Positions 18,901 through 28,997 of a stretch of 43,842 nt of DNA are shown piece by piece. Below the pieces are notes generated by a model, which did no database searches, was not told the DNA's origin, and worked only from the letters and a program-made list of their open reading frames with translations. Source of the DNA: Candidatus Moraniibacteriota bacterium (GTDB taxonomy: Bacteria > Patescibacteriota > Minisyncoccia > Moranbacterales > GWC2-37-73); contig DOKE01000011.1 in the NCBI GenBank assembly GCA_003510895.1, positions 35,821-79,662 on the forward strand, in the 5' to 3' direction. A program made the position numbers and the translations under genes. Position 1 is the stretch's first letter. Every line of letters starts with the position of its first letter.

Positions 18901-20075
18901 TGAAAAAAATCCTATTTACATTATATAAAAATAGAAGTCATTCTTTGTATAAAGAATTTATTGATAATCCTCCGGAGGGATACCAGTATTTTACATTAGA
19001 TGATTTTTTTGATTATTTTATTTTTGATAAACCTGCTAATCTTTTTTTGGATATAAAAAGAAAAATAGAAAGAGACAAGAAAATAATAGAAGCTGCCAAA
19101 AAAAATGGCATTGATATTATTTATTGTTCTGATGGATTGTTTTTTCTAAATTCTCCTATTCCGTGGGTTATGGACTTAGAGCATGTTACCGGGCTAATAT
19201 CCAATTGTTATAAATTATGGAAAATTGGAAAGTTAATAATGCCCATTATTCTTAGTCAGAAGAATTTAAAATATATAATTCCTTGGACAAAGACAGGAGC
19301 AAATGTTCTTGAGGATAATTTCAAAATAAATGACAGTGTAAGAAAAAAAATTAAGCCAATAAATTTATGTCTCAAGAAAATTTATGACTATGGGTATATA
19401 GAAAAGAAAAAGATTAAAGGGGTAAAATTTTCAATCATTTTTGTTACTAGTGTGAACTATAATGGAGAAGATGAATTTTATGCCAAAGGTGGCGCGATAA
19501 TAGCGGAAGTTTTTAAAAAAATAAATACAAAAGTTGATATTAGGTTGATTTTGAGAAGTAAAATTCCTAAAGAGTTTGATTACCTAAAGAAAGATCCTTC
19601 CGTGGAAGTTTATGAAGAGACGCTTAATGATGATGAATTTCAGAATTTGTTTTTGGGTGCGGATTTATTTTTTTATCCCGGATATCAAAGTCCCGGTATG
19701 GCTTTTCTTGACGCTATGAATTATAATTTACCTATCGTTTCCACTCGGGTTTTTGCCAACCCAGAGATGGTAAGAGATGGTTGGAATGGTTTTCTTGTTG
19801 ATTTTCCAATATCAAGCATTGCTTTCTATTTAACTGAAGAATTTAATATAAAAGGTGTTCCGTCTGGAATAAGAGCAAGAGAGGATAAATTAAGCGAGAA
19901 AATGATTGATGATTTTGCGGAAAAAATAATTCAGTTGCAAAAGAATAGGGAAGTGCTGGAGGAGATGGGGGTAAATTCAAAGAAGTTGCTTTTAAATAGC
20001 TTCTCTCTGGCCAAAAGGAATAGGGCGTTAGAAGATATCTTTAATGAGATAATAAATACTAATAAAAAAATATGA
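18900..20075 (+). CDS. divergent GT-B (GT4-like) glycosyltransferase, paralog A
   Basis: C-terminal FFYPGYQSPGMAFLDAMNYNLPIVSTRVFANPEMVRDGWNGFLV. This is the GT1/GT4 motif with Q...D in place of E...E. TAATG overlap with the flippase gene. Confidence 0.7.
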   Translation: MKKILFTLYKNRSHSLYKEFIDNPPEGYQYFTLDDFFDYFIFDKPANLFLDIKRKIERDKKIIEAAKKNGIDIIYCSDGLFFLNSPIPWVMDLEHVTGLISNCYKLWKIGKLIMPIILSQKNLKYIIPWTKTGANVLEDNFKINDSVRKKIKPINLCLKKIYDYGYIEKKKIKGVKFSIIFVTSVNYNGEDEFYAKGGAIIAEVFKKINTKVDIRLILRSKIPKEFDYLKKDPSVEVYEETLNDDEFQNLFLGADLFFYPGYQSPGMAFLDAMNYNLPIVSTRVFANPEMVRDGWNGFLVDFPISSIAFYLTEEFNIKGVPSGIRAREDKLSEKMIDDFAEKIIQLQKNREVLEEMGVNSKKLLLNSFSLAKRNRALEDIFNEIINTNKKI

Positions 20076-20839
20076 AAAAAGAATTAAGAAGATTTGCAGG
20101 CTTTGTTTATCGCATGATTTCTCCCATAGTTGATCCTATAAATTTTACATTTTTTATTCCAAGATATGTATATTTTTGGATAGATTTTTTTAGTTTTTAT
20201 AGCAACAAGGAATCTCCAAAAATAAATTTATTAGATATGCATCCCGTGATTAGTGATAAAACATCAACCACAAGAATTGATGCTCAATATTTCTACCAAG
20301 GAGTCTGGGCTTTTAAGAAGATTTATAATTCAAAAGTGGTTGAACATGTTGATGTTGGATCGCAAACCAATCTAGTTAGCTTTCTAACGGTATTTACAAA
20401 TGTAAAATTTGTAGACATAAGACCATTGGAGGCTAAGCTTGATAATTTTGTTTCAATTAAGGGAAGTATTCTTGAATTACCTTTTACCGATAACTCAGTG
20501 CATTCTCTTTCTTGTCTTCATGTTGCTGAGCATATAGGTCTAGGTAGATATGGTGATCCATTAGATCCGCTTGGGACAGAGAAGGCGTGCAAGGAACTTT
20601 CTCGCGTATTAGCGTCTGGCGGAGATTTATATTTTTCTTTGCCTATCGGTAAGCCGAGGTTATGTTTCAATGCTCATAGAGTTCATTCAATTAGTCAGAT
20701 AATGGAATTTTTCAAAGAGTTGGAGCTTTTAGAACTTATAGTTATTGACGATAAGGGAGGATTTGTCGAAAGACCAGGAGTGCATGATTTTGATGATGCA
20801 ATATATTCAGGTGGTCTGTTTCACTTCAGAAAAAAATAA
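20072..20839 (+). CDS. DUF268-type SAM-dependent methyltransferase
   Basis: LPFTDNSVHSLSCLHVAEHIGLGRYGDPLDPLG matches the DUF268 GLGRYGDP signature. ATGA overlap with the upstream GT gene. Confidence 0.75.
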   Translation: MKKELRRFAGFVYRMISPIVDPINFTFFIPRYVYFWIDFFSFYSNKESPKINLLDMHPVISDKTSTTRIDAQYFYQGVWAFKKIYNSKVVEHVDVGSQTNLVSFLTVFTNVKFVDIRPLEAKLDNFVSIKGSILELPFTDNSVHSLSCLHVAEHIGLGRYGDPLDPLGTEKACKELSRVLASGGDLYFSLPIGKPRLCFNAHRVHSISQIMEFFKELELLELIVIDDKGGFVERPGVHDFDDAIYSGGLFHFRKK

Positions 20840-20852
20840 TCTTATCAATGAA

Positions 20853-22004
20853 ATGAAAAAAATACTATTTACTTTATATAAAAATAAGTGCCATTCATTA
20901 TATAAACAATTTATTTCAGTCCCGCCATCTGGATATCAATATTTTACCCTGGATGATTTCACTGATGAATTTATCTTTAGTGAATCAGAGAATATTTTTG
21001 TTGAAATTTTCAATAAAATAAAAAGAAATTTTGTAATTATAAATATTGCAAAAAAAAACAATATTGATATAATTTATTGCACTAGCGGAATGCTTTTATT
21101 TAATTCTCCCATACCATGGGTAATAGAATTTGAAAGTGTGGTGAGTTTCATTATACATAAACTTGAATATTGGAAAATTGCAAGAAAAATATTGCCAATA
21201 ATGTTAAGACAAGACAACTTGAAATCATTGATACCCTGGACAGAGGCAGCGGCTAGATCACTACTTTCTAATATTAAAGAGTCAAAAGAAATTAGCAATA
21301 AGATTACCCCGATTCATCTGTGTTTGGCAAAAATTGGTGACCAAAAAAAGAAGGAAAATGATAAAATATTTAAAATATTATTTGTTACTACAGTAAATGA
21401 TAATGCAGTTGATAAGCAATTTTATGTTAAAGGAGGAAGAATCTTAATAGAAATTTTAAAAAAACTAAAAGACGAAGTAAATATTAAGTTTATTATCAGA
21501 TCAAAATTACCAAAAGAATATGAATATGTGAAACATTATTCGAACGTTGTTATTTATGAGGATTTATTACCTAAAAATGATTTTGATAAAATTTTTTCAG
21601 AAGCTGATATTTTTTTGTTTCCTTGTTATCAGAGCCCAGGATTAGTATTTCTTGATGCAATGAGCTTTGGATTACCTATTTTGACTACCAATATTTTTGC
21701 TAATGCAGAAATGGTTATTGATGGATATAATGGATTTCTGGTTGATTTTCCAATAGCAAGTAGCGTTAATTATCTTGATAAGGAACTTGGAATAAAGAAT
21801 CTACAAACAGGCAGAAAGGCGGGAAATGATAACATTTCCAATGAAATGGTTGATATTTTTTGTAAAAAAATACTTTTATTATATAACGATATTGATTTGA
21901 AAAATGAGATGTCTAAAAAATCAAGAGAACTTCTTGAAAGTAAATTTACTATTGAGAAGAGAAATGAGAAATTAAAAAAAATATTCGATAATATTGTTTT
22001 ATAA
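20853..22004 (+). CDS. divergent GT-B (GT4-like) glycosyltransferase, paralog B
   Basis: It starts MKKILFTLYKNKCHSLYKQF...GYQYFTLDDF, matching the N-terminus of the 18900 protein, and has the same QSPG...LDAM motif. The ORF-track start at 20745 would overlap the preceding gene by 95 nt. Confidence 0.7.
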   Translation: MKKILFTLYKNKCHSLYKQFISVPPSGYQYFTLDDFTDEFIFSESENIFVEIFNKIKRNFVIINIAKKNNIDIIYCTSGMLLFNSPIPWVIEFESVVSFIIHKLEYWKIARKILPIMLRQDNLKSLIPWTEAAARSLLSNIKESKEISNKITPIHLCLAKIGDQKKKENDKIFKILFVTTVNDNAVDKQFYVKGGRILIEILKKLKDEVNIKFIIRSKLPKEYEYVKHYSNVVIYEDLLPKNDFDKIFSEADIFLFPCYQSPGLVFLDAMSFGLPILTTNIFANAEMVIDGYNGFLVDFPIASSVNYLDKELGIKNLQTGRKAGNDNISNEMVDIFCKKILLLYNDIDLKNEMSKKSRELLESKFTIEKRNEKLKKIFDNIVL

Positions 22005-22016
22005 AATATTTTTGTT

Positions 22017-22820
22017 TTATTGGTTTCTTTTAAAGACCTGCAAAATTGCATGAGCGCTAAATGGGGCTAATATTTTTGCTCCAAAGTAGTTAAGTGCTCT
22101 TACAAAGAAATTTTGACTGTTGTAAATTTTTTGCAATGGTTTGTTTAAAATTGAAATTTCATCTTTTAGGCCTTTTATTCCCTCTAGCTGTCTAGAATAA
22201 ACCATCCTAAAACCTAATTTTTCTAGATCACTTTTTACTTTTGCAGGGTCTAATGCGAAGTGATAAAATAAATTCATATCAAAAACGTTCGCGTTAAAGG
22301 GTGGGTATAATCCCATTTTCATTTTTAGCTTTCTTAGAAAAGACATATGGGGAAATGTCAAAAATAGATAACCATTTTTTTTTATTACCCTCTTCATTTC
22401 GCTTAATATTTCATCATAGCCTTCAAAAAAATGCTCTATAACTCCTAGCGACCAATATCCATCGAAAAAATTATCTGGAAAATCTAAGTGTCTCACGTCT
22501 CCGATGTTGACTTTTAAATCTGGCATAACCAAATTTATTTTTTTAATAGTTTCTTTTGCGAAATCTACGCCATAAGCATCATACCCATTATATTTTAAAG
22601 AATACACAAAATGACCCCTTCCGCAGCCTCCTTCAAGAATCTTTTTAGTTTTATCTGGTTTGATAAATTTTGCAGTTATGTTTGAAACAAAACGTTCGTT
22701 TCTAGCGCTTTCTATGTGTTTCTTTAATTCTTTAATAATAGATTGTTCATCCCAGAATTCTGGAGTTGGACTTCCTCCTTCAATAATTATTCTATTGTTT
22801 TTTTTATCACAGTATCTCAT
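22017..22820 (-). CDS. class I SAM-dependent methyltransferase
   Basis: ILEGGCGRGHFVYSL motif I and GVIEHFFEGYDEILSEMKRVIKKNGYLFLTFP. Starting at ATG 22820 gives an ATGA overlap with the upstream gene (the ORF track starts at 22844). Confidence 0.8.
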   Translation of the reverse strand: MRYCDKKNNRIIIEGGSPTPEFWDEQSIIKELKKHIESARNERFVSNITAKFIKPDKTKKILEGGCGRGHFVYSLKYNGYDAYGVDFAKETIKKINLVMPDLKVNIGDVRHLDFPDNFFDGYWSLGVIEHFFEGYDEILSEMKRVIKKNGYLFLTFPHMSFLRKLKMKMGLYPPFNANVFDMNLFYHFALDPAKVKSDLEKLGFRMVYSRQLEGIKGLKDEISILNKPLQKIYNSQNFFVRALNYFGAKILAPFSAHAILQVFKRNQ

Positions 22821-23452
22821 ATTTTTTTTGAAATTAATATCCAATAACTTTGACTTGCATTATCAATATTAAAAACTTTTATTGTGGTGCGAACAAGATT
22901 TCCCTTGAGTGTATTGCTGTAATTGCAGTGGAGGAATTTAGTTACAATTTCATAATTATTTTTTTTGCAATAATGTTGAAAAAATAAATCAATATCCCGA
23001 TATCCGAAAAACCAGCGATGACGATCCATTGGTTTTTCAAGAGGTAATCCATAAAATTTGCCTGCTTGATGATATCTGAACATATCCCATTGAGTAAAGA
23101 TATTCAAACAATTTGGAAGAGATATTAAAATGAAGTGGTTGGATACGCGTACAAGTTCATCTAACACTTCATAGAATCCTTCTAGGTGCTCTAGAACCTC
23201 TGTGCATACAACAAAATCAAACTCTCTATCTTTGAAGATAGAAAGACCATCTTTTTCAAGATCGACTTTGTAATCAGGCTTTCCATAAAGATCGATACCG
23301 GTGACTTTTTCTCCAACAATTTTTTTTAATGTATTGATGTCACATCCAACATCAAGGACGTTTTTTGATTCAGCTATTTCTTTATAAAATGTCTTGGCTA
23401 TAAAAGCTGCGCGTCCTTCACGATTGTTAAAAAAATCGAAGTTTTTTTGCAT
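22817..23452 (-). CDS. class I SAM-dependent methyltransferase
   Basis: VLDVGCDINTL motif I and FVVCTEVLEHLEGFYEVLDEL. Confidence 0.8.
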   Translation of the reverse strand: MQKNFDFFNNREGRAAFIAKTFYKEIAESKNVLDVGCDINTLKKIVGEKVTGIDLYGKPDYKVDLEKDGLSIFKDREFDFVVCTEVLEHLEGFYEVLDELVRVSNHFILISLPNCLNIFTQWDMFRYHQAGKFYGLPLEKPMDRHRWFFGYRDIDLFFQHYCKKNNYEIVTKFLHCNYSNTLKGNLVRTTIKVFNIDNASQSYWILISKKI

Positions 23453-23459
23453 ATTTTTT

Positions 23460-24461
23460 TTAAATGTTTCTTAATATGTTAATATATTTATCGAGCATAT
23501 AATCTATGGAAAAATGTTTTTCAGCAATGTTTCTTGCTGTAGTACTATAGTACTCTTTATCTAGAATAATCTTATTAAGGTTGTTTGTAAAATCTTTTAA
23601 ATTTAAAACTCTTTGTTTCCAAAACGCATTACCTGAGGTGGTTATAAGTAAACCTCCCTTTTTGTTTTTGATAATTTCCGGCATTGCTCCGTCCGCTACT
23701 CCGCATATTGGCAGACCACAGGCCAATGCTTCTATTATATTATTGGGACAAGGGGGATTAATTTGGGTAAACAGGAAAACATCTGCCGACCTTTCATATT
23801 TTGGAATTTCTTTGTTATCTATTTTCCCAATGAATTTGATATTTTTAAAATACGAATATTTCTTGGGAATGTATTCAATATTAGGCGTAAATGTTCCAGC
23901 TACTATAAACTTGAAGTTATTATTATATTTATCATAGTATATTTTTAGAGCTTCTAGCAAGGGAATTATTTGCTCTTCTCTTCGAAAAGCGGAAACAGTG
24001 AAGAAAATTTTCTGATCATGGTTGTCTCGAAGATTATTTTTTTCTCCTTTCGGAGAAAAAATATTTAAATCTACGCCATTAAAAATAATAGTAGATTTTT
24101 CACCAGCGTTTTTCTTTAAAAATTTTTCAGCAGTATATTTGCTATACTCGCTTTGATATACGGTAAAATCAGCAAAAAAGTATTGAATAATTTTTGCCTT
24201 TAAGTTGTAAAGAAAATACTTTGGACCGACTGCTGACCAATAATATACACCGTCTAATCTTTGTATTATTTTCTTGTTCTTTATTTTTGCTTCGAAGAGA
24301 TATTTAAATGGTGCTTGCACGATTAAAAAAATAACATCATAGTCGGATTGATGTTCAAAAAAAACTTCATGACCGCGTCTCTCCATTCCTTCTTTAAATT
24401 TTTTTGCAAAGGATGATGGTCCCCCGACATCCTTAATTGCGAAAGGTAAGAAAATTTTCAT
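23460..24461 (-). CDS. GT4-like (group 1) glycosyltransferase
   Basis: GT-B layout with C-terminal NIIEALACGLPICGVADGAMPEIIKNKKGGLLI. ATGA overlap with the upstream GT2 gene. Confidence 0.75.
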   Translation of the reverse strand: MKIFLPFAIKDVGGPSSFAKKFKEGMERRGHEVFFEHQSDYDVIFLIVQAPFKYLFEAKIKNKKIIQRLDGVYYWSAVGPKYFLYNLKAKIIQYFFADFTVYQSEYSKYTAEKFLKKNAGEKSTIIFNGVDLNIFSPKGEKNNLRDNHDQKIFFTVSAFRREEQIIPLLEALKIYYDKYNNNFKFIVAGTFTPNIEYIPKKYSYFKNIKFIGKIDNKEIPKYERSADVFLFTQINPPCPNNIIEALACGLPICGVADGAMPEIIKNKKGGLLITTSGNAFWKQRVLNLKDFTNNLNKIILDKEYYSTTARNIAEKHFSIDYMLDKYINILRNI

Positions 24462-25261
24462 CCCAATAGTGATCTTTTTAAATTACGTATAAATTTCGGA
24501 GTGAAGGCTATAGCTAAAAGCTTAATGATATGAACATAGTTGATTTTAGACAATTTGTATTTTTTAATATATTTAATTTGAGTTTTAGCTCCTTGAATCA
24601 TTTGTTCATGCTGTCTCTTTATAGATATTCCTTCGTTTTCAATCATTCTGAAGCATAAAAAATCTTGCATATTGTGAAACTTGGTAAAAGGGAATAAGCG
24701 CATATATAAATCATAATCTCCGCCGTATTTTATGGATTCGTCATATCCACCAACTTTCTTTATTAATTTAGTTTCATAGATGACGCAACTATGGGCAAAT
24801 GGATTTTGTTTAATTATATTTTTTCTGATTGTTTTATTATCTTTTTGAGTATATATTTCTTTTTTTATCTTTCCGTTATAGTTTATGTAGTTACTTCCAA
24901 TAATTTTATAATCAGGATTTTTCGTTAAAAAATCTACTTGTTTAGTTAATTTCGTGTTGTCCCACCAATCGTCGATATCTATTCTGGCTGTATATTTACT
25001 GTTGATTATATGCAATCCTTTATTTAAAGATATTGTTACTCCACAATGATTCTTGTTTGTGATAACTTGAAATATCTCAGATCCAATTTTCTTTTCCCAT
25101 AGGGCAAGTTTTTCTGCGGTATCATCACTAGAAGCGTCATTTATACAGACAATACGTTTGTTTTTGTAGGTTTGATTGCATACACTTTCTAAACATTGGT
25201 CAATAGTTTTTGATCCATTAAGTATGGTTATGAGAATGGTAACCTCTGGTAGTGACTTCAT
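24458..25261 (-). CDS. GT2-family glycosyltransferase
   Basis: VTILITILNGSKTIDQCLESVCNQTYKNKRIVCINDASSDDT and RIDIDDWW (DxD). Confidence 0.85.
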   Translation of the reverse strand: MKSLPEVTILITILNGSKTIDQCLESVCNQTYKNKRIVCINDASSDDTAEKLALWEKKIGSEIFQVITNKNHCGVTISLNKGLHIINSKYTARIDIDDWWDNTKLTKQVDFLTKNPDYKIIGSNYINYNGKIKKEIYTQKDNKTIRKNIIKQNPFAHSCVIYETKLIKKVGGYDESIKYGGDYDLYMRLFPFTKFHNMQDFLCFRMIENEGISIKRQHEQMIQGAKTQIKYIKKYKLSKINYVHIIKLLAIAFTPKFIRNLKRSLLG

Positions 25262-25938
25262 TTGTTTAGGATAAAAAAATAATGATTTGAATTAAAGGGG
25301 GGATGAAATTCGCTTGATATATTAAAATATTTTTTGATAATATTTCTGATAGTTGATTTTGAACAGTCTTTCGATCCTAATTCCCAGTAATGTTCCTTAT
25401 TTTTATTATTTAATTTTATTTTAATGAAAAAATAAGGAATTTTAATAGAAAAATTAAGCTTTTTTTGAAAAAAGGGAATGTTTATTTTTAAGTTATTTTC
25501 TAAATACGCGCAAGAATATGGAAGAGAAATAATTAATGTTCTTCGTGTTACTCTTCGCAGCTCCTTTATCGTTGATTCAAACTCTGAGAAGGGTAAATGC
25601 TCTAAGATTTCACATGCGACTACAGTATCAAAAGAATTGTTCTTTAACGGAAGATTTTTTATGTCTGCAACGATGTCTGGTTTTAACTCTTTATCGAAAT
25701 CACAAGTTATTATTGTGTAGCCTGCTTCCTTTAAGTAATTTGAAACAGTTTTATTTCCCACGCCAATTTCAAGAATATTTTCTGGATTTGTTTTCGTAAT
25801 AGATGTTATTTGATAATAATATGAAATAAATCGTTCAATATTATCATATTGGGTGAAATAATGGCTTCTGTCTACCTGGATGGTGATATTTTTCTGGTTA
25901 TTTTTCATATAGTATGAATCTTCAATTTTTTTATGCAA
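25258..25938 (-). CDS. class I SAM-dependent methyltransferase
   Basis: ILEIGVGNKTVSNYL motif I and VVACEILEHLPFSEF. An alternative ATG lies at 25908. Confidence 0.8.
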   Translation of the reverse strand: MHKKIEDSYYMKNNQKNITIQVDRSHYFTQYDNIERFISYYYQITSITKTNPENILEIGVGNKTVSNYLKEAGYTIITCDFDKELKPDIVADIKNLPLKNNSFDTVVACEILEHLPFSEFESTIKELRRVTRRTLIISLPYSCAYLENNLKINIPFFQKKLNFSIKIPYFFIKIKLNNKNKEHYWELGSKDCSKSTIRNIIKKYFNISSEFHPPFNSNHYFFILNK

Positions 25939-26764
25939 GTTTTTTCAATAGGAACTCGTTACATCCTATGCTTCTGGCCGGTGAAATATTGATGCAAGAG
26001 AACCCTTCTTTTTTGAAGTAATTAGTTATTGTTGTAATACTTGCATACTCATATGGATATCCACCTATCCAATCAATTAGATCATTAATCCAATTCATTC
26101 CGCGGTTAGATTTATAATTTTTTATATATTTATAAGGATTTTTTCCTGAAAAAATTAAACCTGAAATAAACCAAAAAATATAGATAGATAACATAATTTT
26201 TTTTATCAAAAAATTAGATTTATTATAAAATTCTTTTATTTTAAGCCATAGTTTTGAAGTGCCTTCTTTTTTTTCATTGATATTTTCATTGTAAATAGCC
26301 AAGTAAAATAAACCCTCTTGCTTAACAAGATTTATGATGTTGGCAAAGGCTTTATACATATCGCCACTGTGATGAAGAACTCCCCATGAATATACTATAT
26401 CGAATTGACCAAGTGTTGTGATAAAATTTTTATTTAAAGCAGATCCTTTGACAATTTTCCAGTTAAGGGGGTTACCATGTTCTTTTTTTAGGTATTGAGT
26501 GCAAGCAATTGAGAAATCATCAACATCCACACTAACAATTTCGGAAGCTCCTAGTAGATATGCTGCAAGAGAAAACAAACCGCTTCCGCAGCCTATATCA
26601 ATAAATGTTTTATCTTTTATTTTATCTTTTCCTCCTAAAAAGATAATTAAGGATTTTTTAGCTTCTTCGATTTTTTCCTGAGTAAGGGTTTTAAGAAAGT
26701 TTTGCCAATTTTTTCCAAAGCTAAAATGATTTTCTTTGTTGTATGAATTTTCGTACAATTCCAT
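25931..26764 (-). CDS. class I SAM-dependent methyltransferase with internal hydrophobic segment
   Basis: FIDIGCGSGLFSLAAYLLGA motif I and WGVLHHSGDMYKA, plus a hydrophobic stretch (IMLSIYIFWFISGLIF). Confidence 0.8.
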   Translation of the reverse strand: MELYENSYNKENHFSFGKNWQNFLKTLTQEKIEEAKKSLIIFLGGKDKIKDKTFIDIGCGSGLFSLAAYLLGASEIVSVDVDDFSIACTQYLKKEHGNPLNWKIVKGSALNKNFITTLGQFDIVYSWGVLHHSGDMYKAFANIINLVKQEGLFYLAIYNENINEKKEGTSKLWLKIKEFYNKSNFLIKKIMLSIYIFWFISGLIFSGKNPYKYIKNYKSNRGMNWINDLIDWIGGYPYEYASITTITNYFKKEGFSCINISPARSIGCNEFLLKKLA

Positions 26765-26765
26765 C

Positions 26766-27869
26766 CTATTCTTTAATTAATCTATCAAGTAAATTTGAAA
26801 ATTTTTTCTTGATAATGTTTATGTCGAAATTATTGCGGATTGTTCTTAATGAACTTTCTTTAAGTATACTCCTTAATTCGGGATTTGACAAAAGAAAGGC
26901 AATTTTATCAGCCGTGTCATTTGCGTTACTCGTTTTAAATAAACAGCTATTTTTTTCATTTAGAATTTCGCGATTTTCAGGTATATCAGTTGTGGCAATG
27001 GGTAATCCGCTAGCCATTGCTTCCATTATGGCATTGCTCATTCCTTCAAAAAGGGTAGGTAATACAAAAATATCTGAAATCTTTAGAATCTTCGGAACAT
27101 CGTTTCTTTTTCCTAAGAATAAAACGTTATTCTTAGAAGAATAATTATCAATTTGTTTTTTTAAATTTATTTTTTCCTTTCCATCACCGACAAGCAGGAG
27201 TTTTATATTTGGATTATTTTTGTAATTTATTTCAAACGCTTTTAATAAATATTGATGACCTTTATTGATATGTAAGTTAGCAACACAAACAATAATTTGC
27301 TCGCCTTTTCTTATGCCCAGTTCTTTTTGTAAATTTTCATCTTTTCTTATTTTTTCATAAAATTTAACATCAATACCATTGTTAATTATTGATATATTTT
27401 CTTTTTTTACCCCTATATTGTTAACGTAAAAGTTTTTTACAGACTCTGAGTTCGCAATATATCTTTGCACAAGATTTTTTGTTATTTTTTCAAACAATCT
27501 AGCTACCAAATATTTCTTGTGATTGTAGGTTGTTCTAAGAAAAGGAATTATTTTATTTTTAGTTATGATTCCTAGAAATAATCTCCCAATCATATCTGCA
27601 TGAAAGAGATAGGTGATTATAATGTCAGGTTTATTTCTTTTGACTTCTTTTAGTAATCGCGCATAGGAAAAAAAATCAAAAACATTTTTTTGACCTATAT
27701 TAATAATGGGGATATTTTTCTGCTTGAATTGTTCTGATAATTCTCCTGGATGATGCAGTGTGATTATTATATGCTCAAAATCTGAAAGAAGTGGTAGTGT
27801 TCGAAGCATCATATTCTCACAGCCGCCATTATCCACCGCTTGAATTAAGTGAAGTACTTTATTTTTCAT
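26766..27869 (-). CDS. GT4-family glycosyltransferase
   Basis: Canonical VLPTLFEGMSNAIMEAMASGLPIATTDIPENREIL (EX7E). Confidence 0.85.
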   Translation of the reverse strand: MKNKVLHLIQAVDNGGCENMMLRTLPLLSDFEHIIITLHHPGELSEQFKQKNIPIINIGQKNVFDFFSYARLLKEVKRNKPDIIITYLFHADMIGRLFLGIITKNKIIPFLRTTYNHKKYLVARLFEKITKNLVQRYIANSESVKNFYVNNIGVKKENISIINNGIDVKFYEKIRKDENLQKELGIRKGEQIIVCVANLHINKGHQYLLKAFEINYKNNPNIKLLLVGDGKEKINLKKQIDNYSSKNNVLFLGKRNDVPKILKISDIFVLPTLFEGMSNAIMEAMASGLPIATTDIPENREILNEKNSCLFKTSNANDTADKIAFLLSNPELRSILKESSLRTIRNNFDINIIKKKFSNLLDRLIKE

Positions 27870-28953
27870 ATATTCCCTGACAAGTTATTCCAGCTTCTGG
27901 ATGTTCGTATGACTTAATATCTTTAAGGTTTGCATCTTGAAACCACTTCTCAATTTCTTCTACGAAATAATAATTGCTTTTAGGCGTAGCTATGATATCA
28001 AAAGAATCATTGAGTTTCATATTAAAAGGAAAATTGGCATAATAGGAGAAAGGTATTTTTTTAGCTAAGTTATTAAATCCCAAGAAATTAAAAAAATGTG
28101 TAAGGTAATTCAATAAATGGGCGATAATTCCTGGTAAATAAGAAAATTTATACAGGAGTGGCTTTGGAAATTTTTTTAGAATATTTCTTATTGGTTCATA
28201 AAAGTATAACGCACGTTTATTATTTCTTCTATTATAAACCCATATAGCCATAGTTCCTCCATTTTTAAGAACCTTGGGCAATCTTGAAAATCCATCCTGA
28301 GGTTTTGGAAGGTGATGTAGAACTCCAATTGAATAAGCTAGGTCAAATTGGTTAAGAAATGGCATATTGTATATATCGGCTTGCACTATGCAAGCGTTTT
28401 CCATATCTCTTGTTAATTTATAGGCAAATTCTACACTTTCTCCAAGATCAGCTCCAAAAGCTAGGGCTGCGCCGCAGGAAAGGGCATGCTTGGTGAATCG
28501 ACCAGACCCGCAACCTATATCAAGAATAACTTTGTTCTTTATATCCGACTCTTTTATGAATGGTCCTATGAAATGCAAATAGTTTTCTTTTTCAAAGTTA
28601 CTTTCCTTATAAATATTGTTCCATTCGTAGGAGAAGCTTTCTGCTGTTTTTTTCTGATGCTCTAAAAAATTATCAAGGTTATTTATTTTTTTTATTTCAT
28701 TTTCCCATTCTTTTTTAGATCTTTCATCTAATTGATTCTTGTATTTTTCAAAAAAATTATAATGAGATTGAAGTAGATTAGTTTTTAGCTCATTGATGAT
28801 TAATCTGGGAATTCCATTGATGATAGGGTACCAACTTTCAGAATTGAATAATATTCCTGAAATTATTTGTCCATTATCTTCTTCAAAAACTTTCATTTCA
28901 AAACCTTGAAAGGAAACAGGATCTTTTAAGTGTGGAAGGAATTTGCTTCTCAT
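27859..28953 (-). CDS. class I SAM-dependent methyltransferase with N-terminal Trm112-like (cysteine-less) domain
   Basis: N-terminus ...SESWYPIINGIPRLI resembles the Trm112/DUF343 fold ending. ILDIGCGSGRFTKHAL is motif I; IGVLHHLPKPQDGF follows. Confidence 0.75.
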   Translation of the reverse strand: MRSKFLPHLKDPVSFQGFEMKVFEEDNGQIISGILFNSESWYPIINGIPRLIINELKTNLLQSHYNFFEKYKNQLDERSKKEWENEIKKINNLDNFLEHQKKTAESFSYEWNNIYKESNFEKENYLHFIGPFIKESDIKNKVILDIGCGSGRFTKHALSCGAALAFGADLGESVEFAYKLTRDMENACIVQADIYNMPFLNQFDLAYSIGVLHHLPKPQDGFSRLPKVLKNGGTMAIWVYNRRNNKRALYFYEPIRNILKKFPKPLLYKFSYLPGIIAHLLNYLTHFFNFLGFNNLAKKIPFSYYANFPFNMKLNDSFDIIATPKSNYYFVEEIEKWFQDANLKDIKSYEHPEAGITCQGIYEK

Positions 28954-28997
28954 TTTTTTATTTTTTTTAAAATTATTAATTATTTGTTAATTGCTGA

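Noticed and set aside
20745-20852. N-terminal extension of the second GT paralog (ORF-track start at 20745).
   Set aside because: It would overlap the DUF268 methyltransferase gene by 95 nt. The protein from ATG 20853 begins MKKILFTLYKN..., exactly like its paralog at 18900.
26743-27144. 133-aa plus-strand ORF. The same applies to many 60-120-aa track ORFs, such as 3419-3733, 9741-10079, 12000-12374, 23581-23937, 39668-39967 and 41778-42029.
   Set aside because: All are embedded antisense or out of frame within longer ORFs that have clear family signatures. Their composition reflects the complementary strand.
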